A stretch of DNA of 64,000 nt from contig NW_027271768.1 in assembly GCF_040938485.1 (NCBI RefSeq), forward strand, positions 248,001-312,000, written 5' to 3'. Position numbers and translations under genes: made by a program. Under the pieces are notes generated by a model, which was given only the letters and a program-made list of their open reading frames with translations, was not told the origin of the DNA and did not search any database. The stretch comes from Diadema antillarum (Eukaryota). Position 1 is the first letter of the stretch; each line of letters begins with the position of its first letter. Shown here one piece after another: positions 63,395 through 64,000 of the stretch.

Positions 63395-64000
63395 GTAAGA
63401 ATACACTACAATATAGTTTTGAACCCGATTGGCATGGTAATTGCTCTTTATTCACGTAAATACGCACTAACTATTCAGTGTTTTTGGAGTAGCCATAATA
63501 AATTTAAAAAAAAATCATGATCTCCTCGTTACAAGACAGACATCATAGCTATTGAACTATACTGACCCAGACAGCTGCGAGGATTAGTTCCAGTAGCGCT
63601 TTGTAGGGAGCGTGTATATTCAAATTCATGAATTCTTGTGTCGAGTTGTTTTCACTATACATGATCGACAAATTACCCTTTATCATCGTATAATAACAAG
63701 CACCGATTATAGCCATGATATTGAATAAACACCAGGGACACACATATTTTGTTTGGATTCTGAACACAGTTCGCAAAAAACGTACTTAAACAAGTTGGGT
63801 TTTTTTATGTAAATACTGTAAACGTTTTCGTCTTGCATATTGTCCAATTACAAAGGTATACTCACGCAAAAACAAGTACAATTGTATCTGACACTATCAC
63901 GAATTTACACGTCAAAATGCAACAAATTTTGTATGTGTGGCAAATATCTTTCAATTTTTTCAATTTTTCAGTTTGGTTTCAGAAAATTGCATAGCACAAC

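Overview
AT-rich eukaryotic genomic DNA with spliceosomal GT-AG introns, many microsatellites, MITEs and LINEs, and two N-gaps. The repeat landscape and GPCR type suggest a marine invertebrate, probably a sea urchin (inference). The main feature is a tandem array of retinol dehydrogenase 8 / 17beta-HSD1-like classical SDR genes sharing one architecture: an inferred non-coding first exon plus coding exons of 265/180/94/328 nt. Copies A, B and C (minus strand) and E (plus strand) are complete. Copy D (minus) has intact exons 2-4 but no first exons, and an orphan first exon lies on the plus strand at ~63.3 kb, consistent with an inversion that split D. There is also a decayed exon-4 relic at ~40.7 kb. 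The paralogs are near-identical in the cofactor-binding half but highly variable in predicted substrate-binding segments. An intronless class A GPCR lies at 53036-54136. Mobile DNA includes a degenerate L2/CR1-group LINE, a near-full-length degenerate RTE LINE nested in a TTAA-flanked MITE, a tRNA-derived SINE, several MITEs, and Penelope-like remnants carrying four minimal hammerhead-ribozyme motifs, one on the sense strand of an SDR intron. No rRNA, functional tRNA or CRISPR array was found. All calls are by-eye reading; no database search was run.
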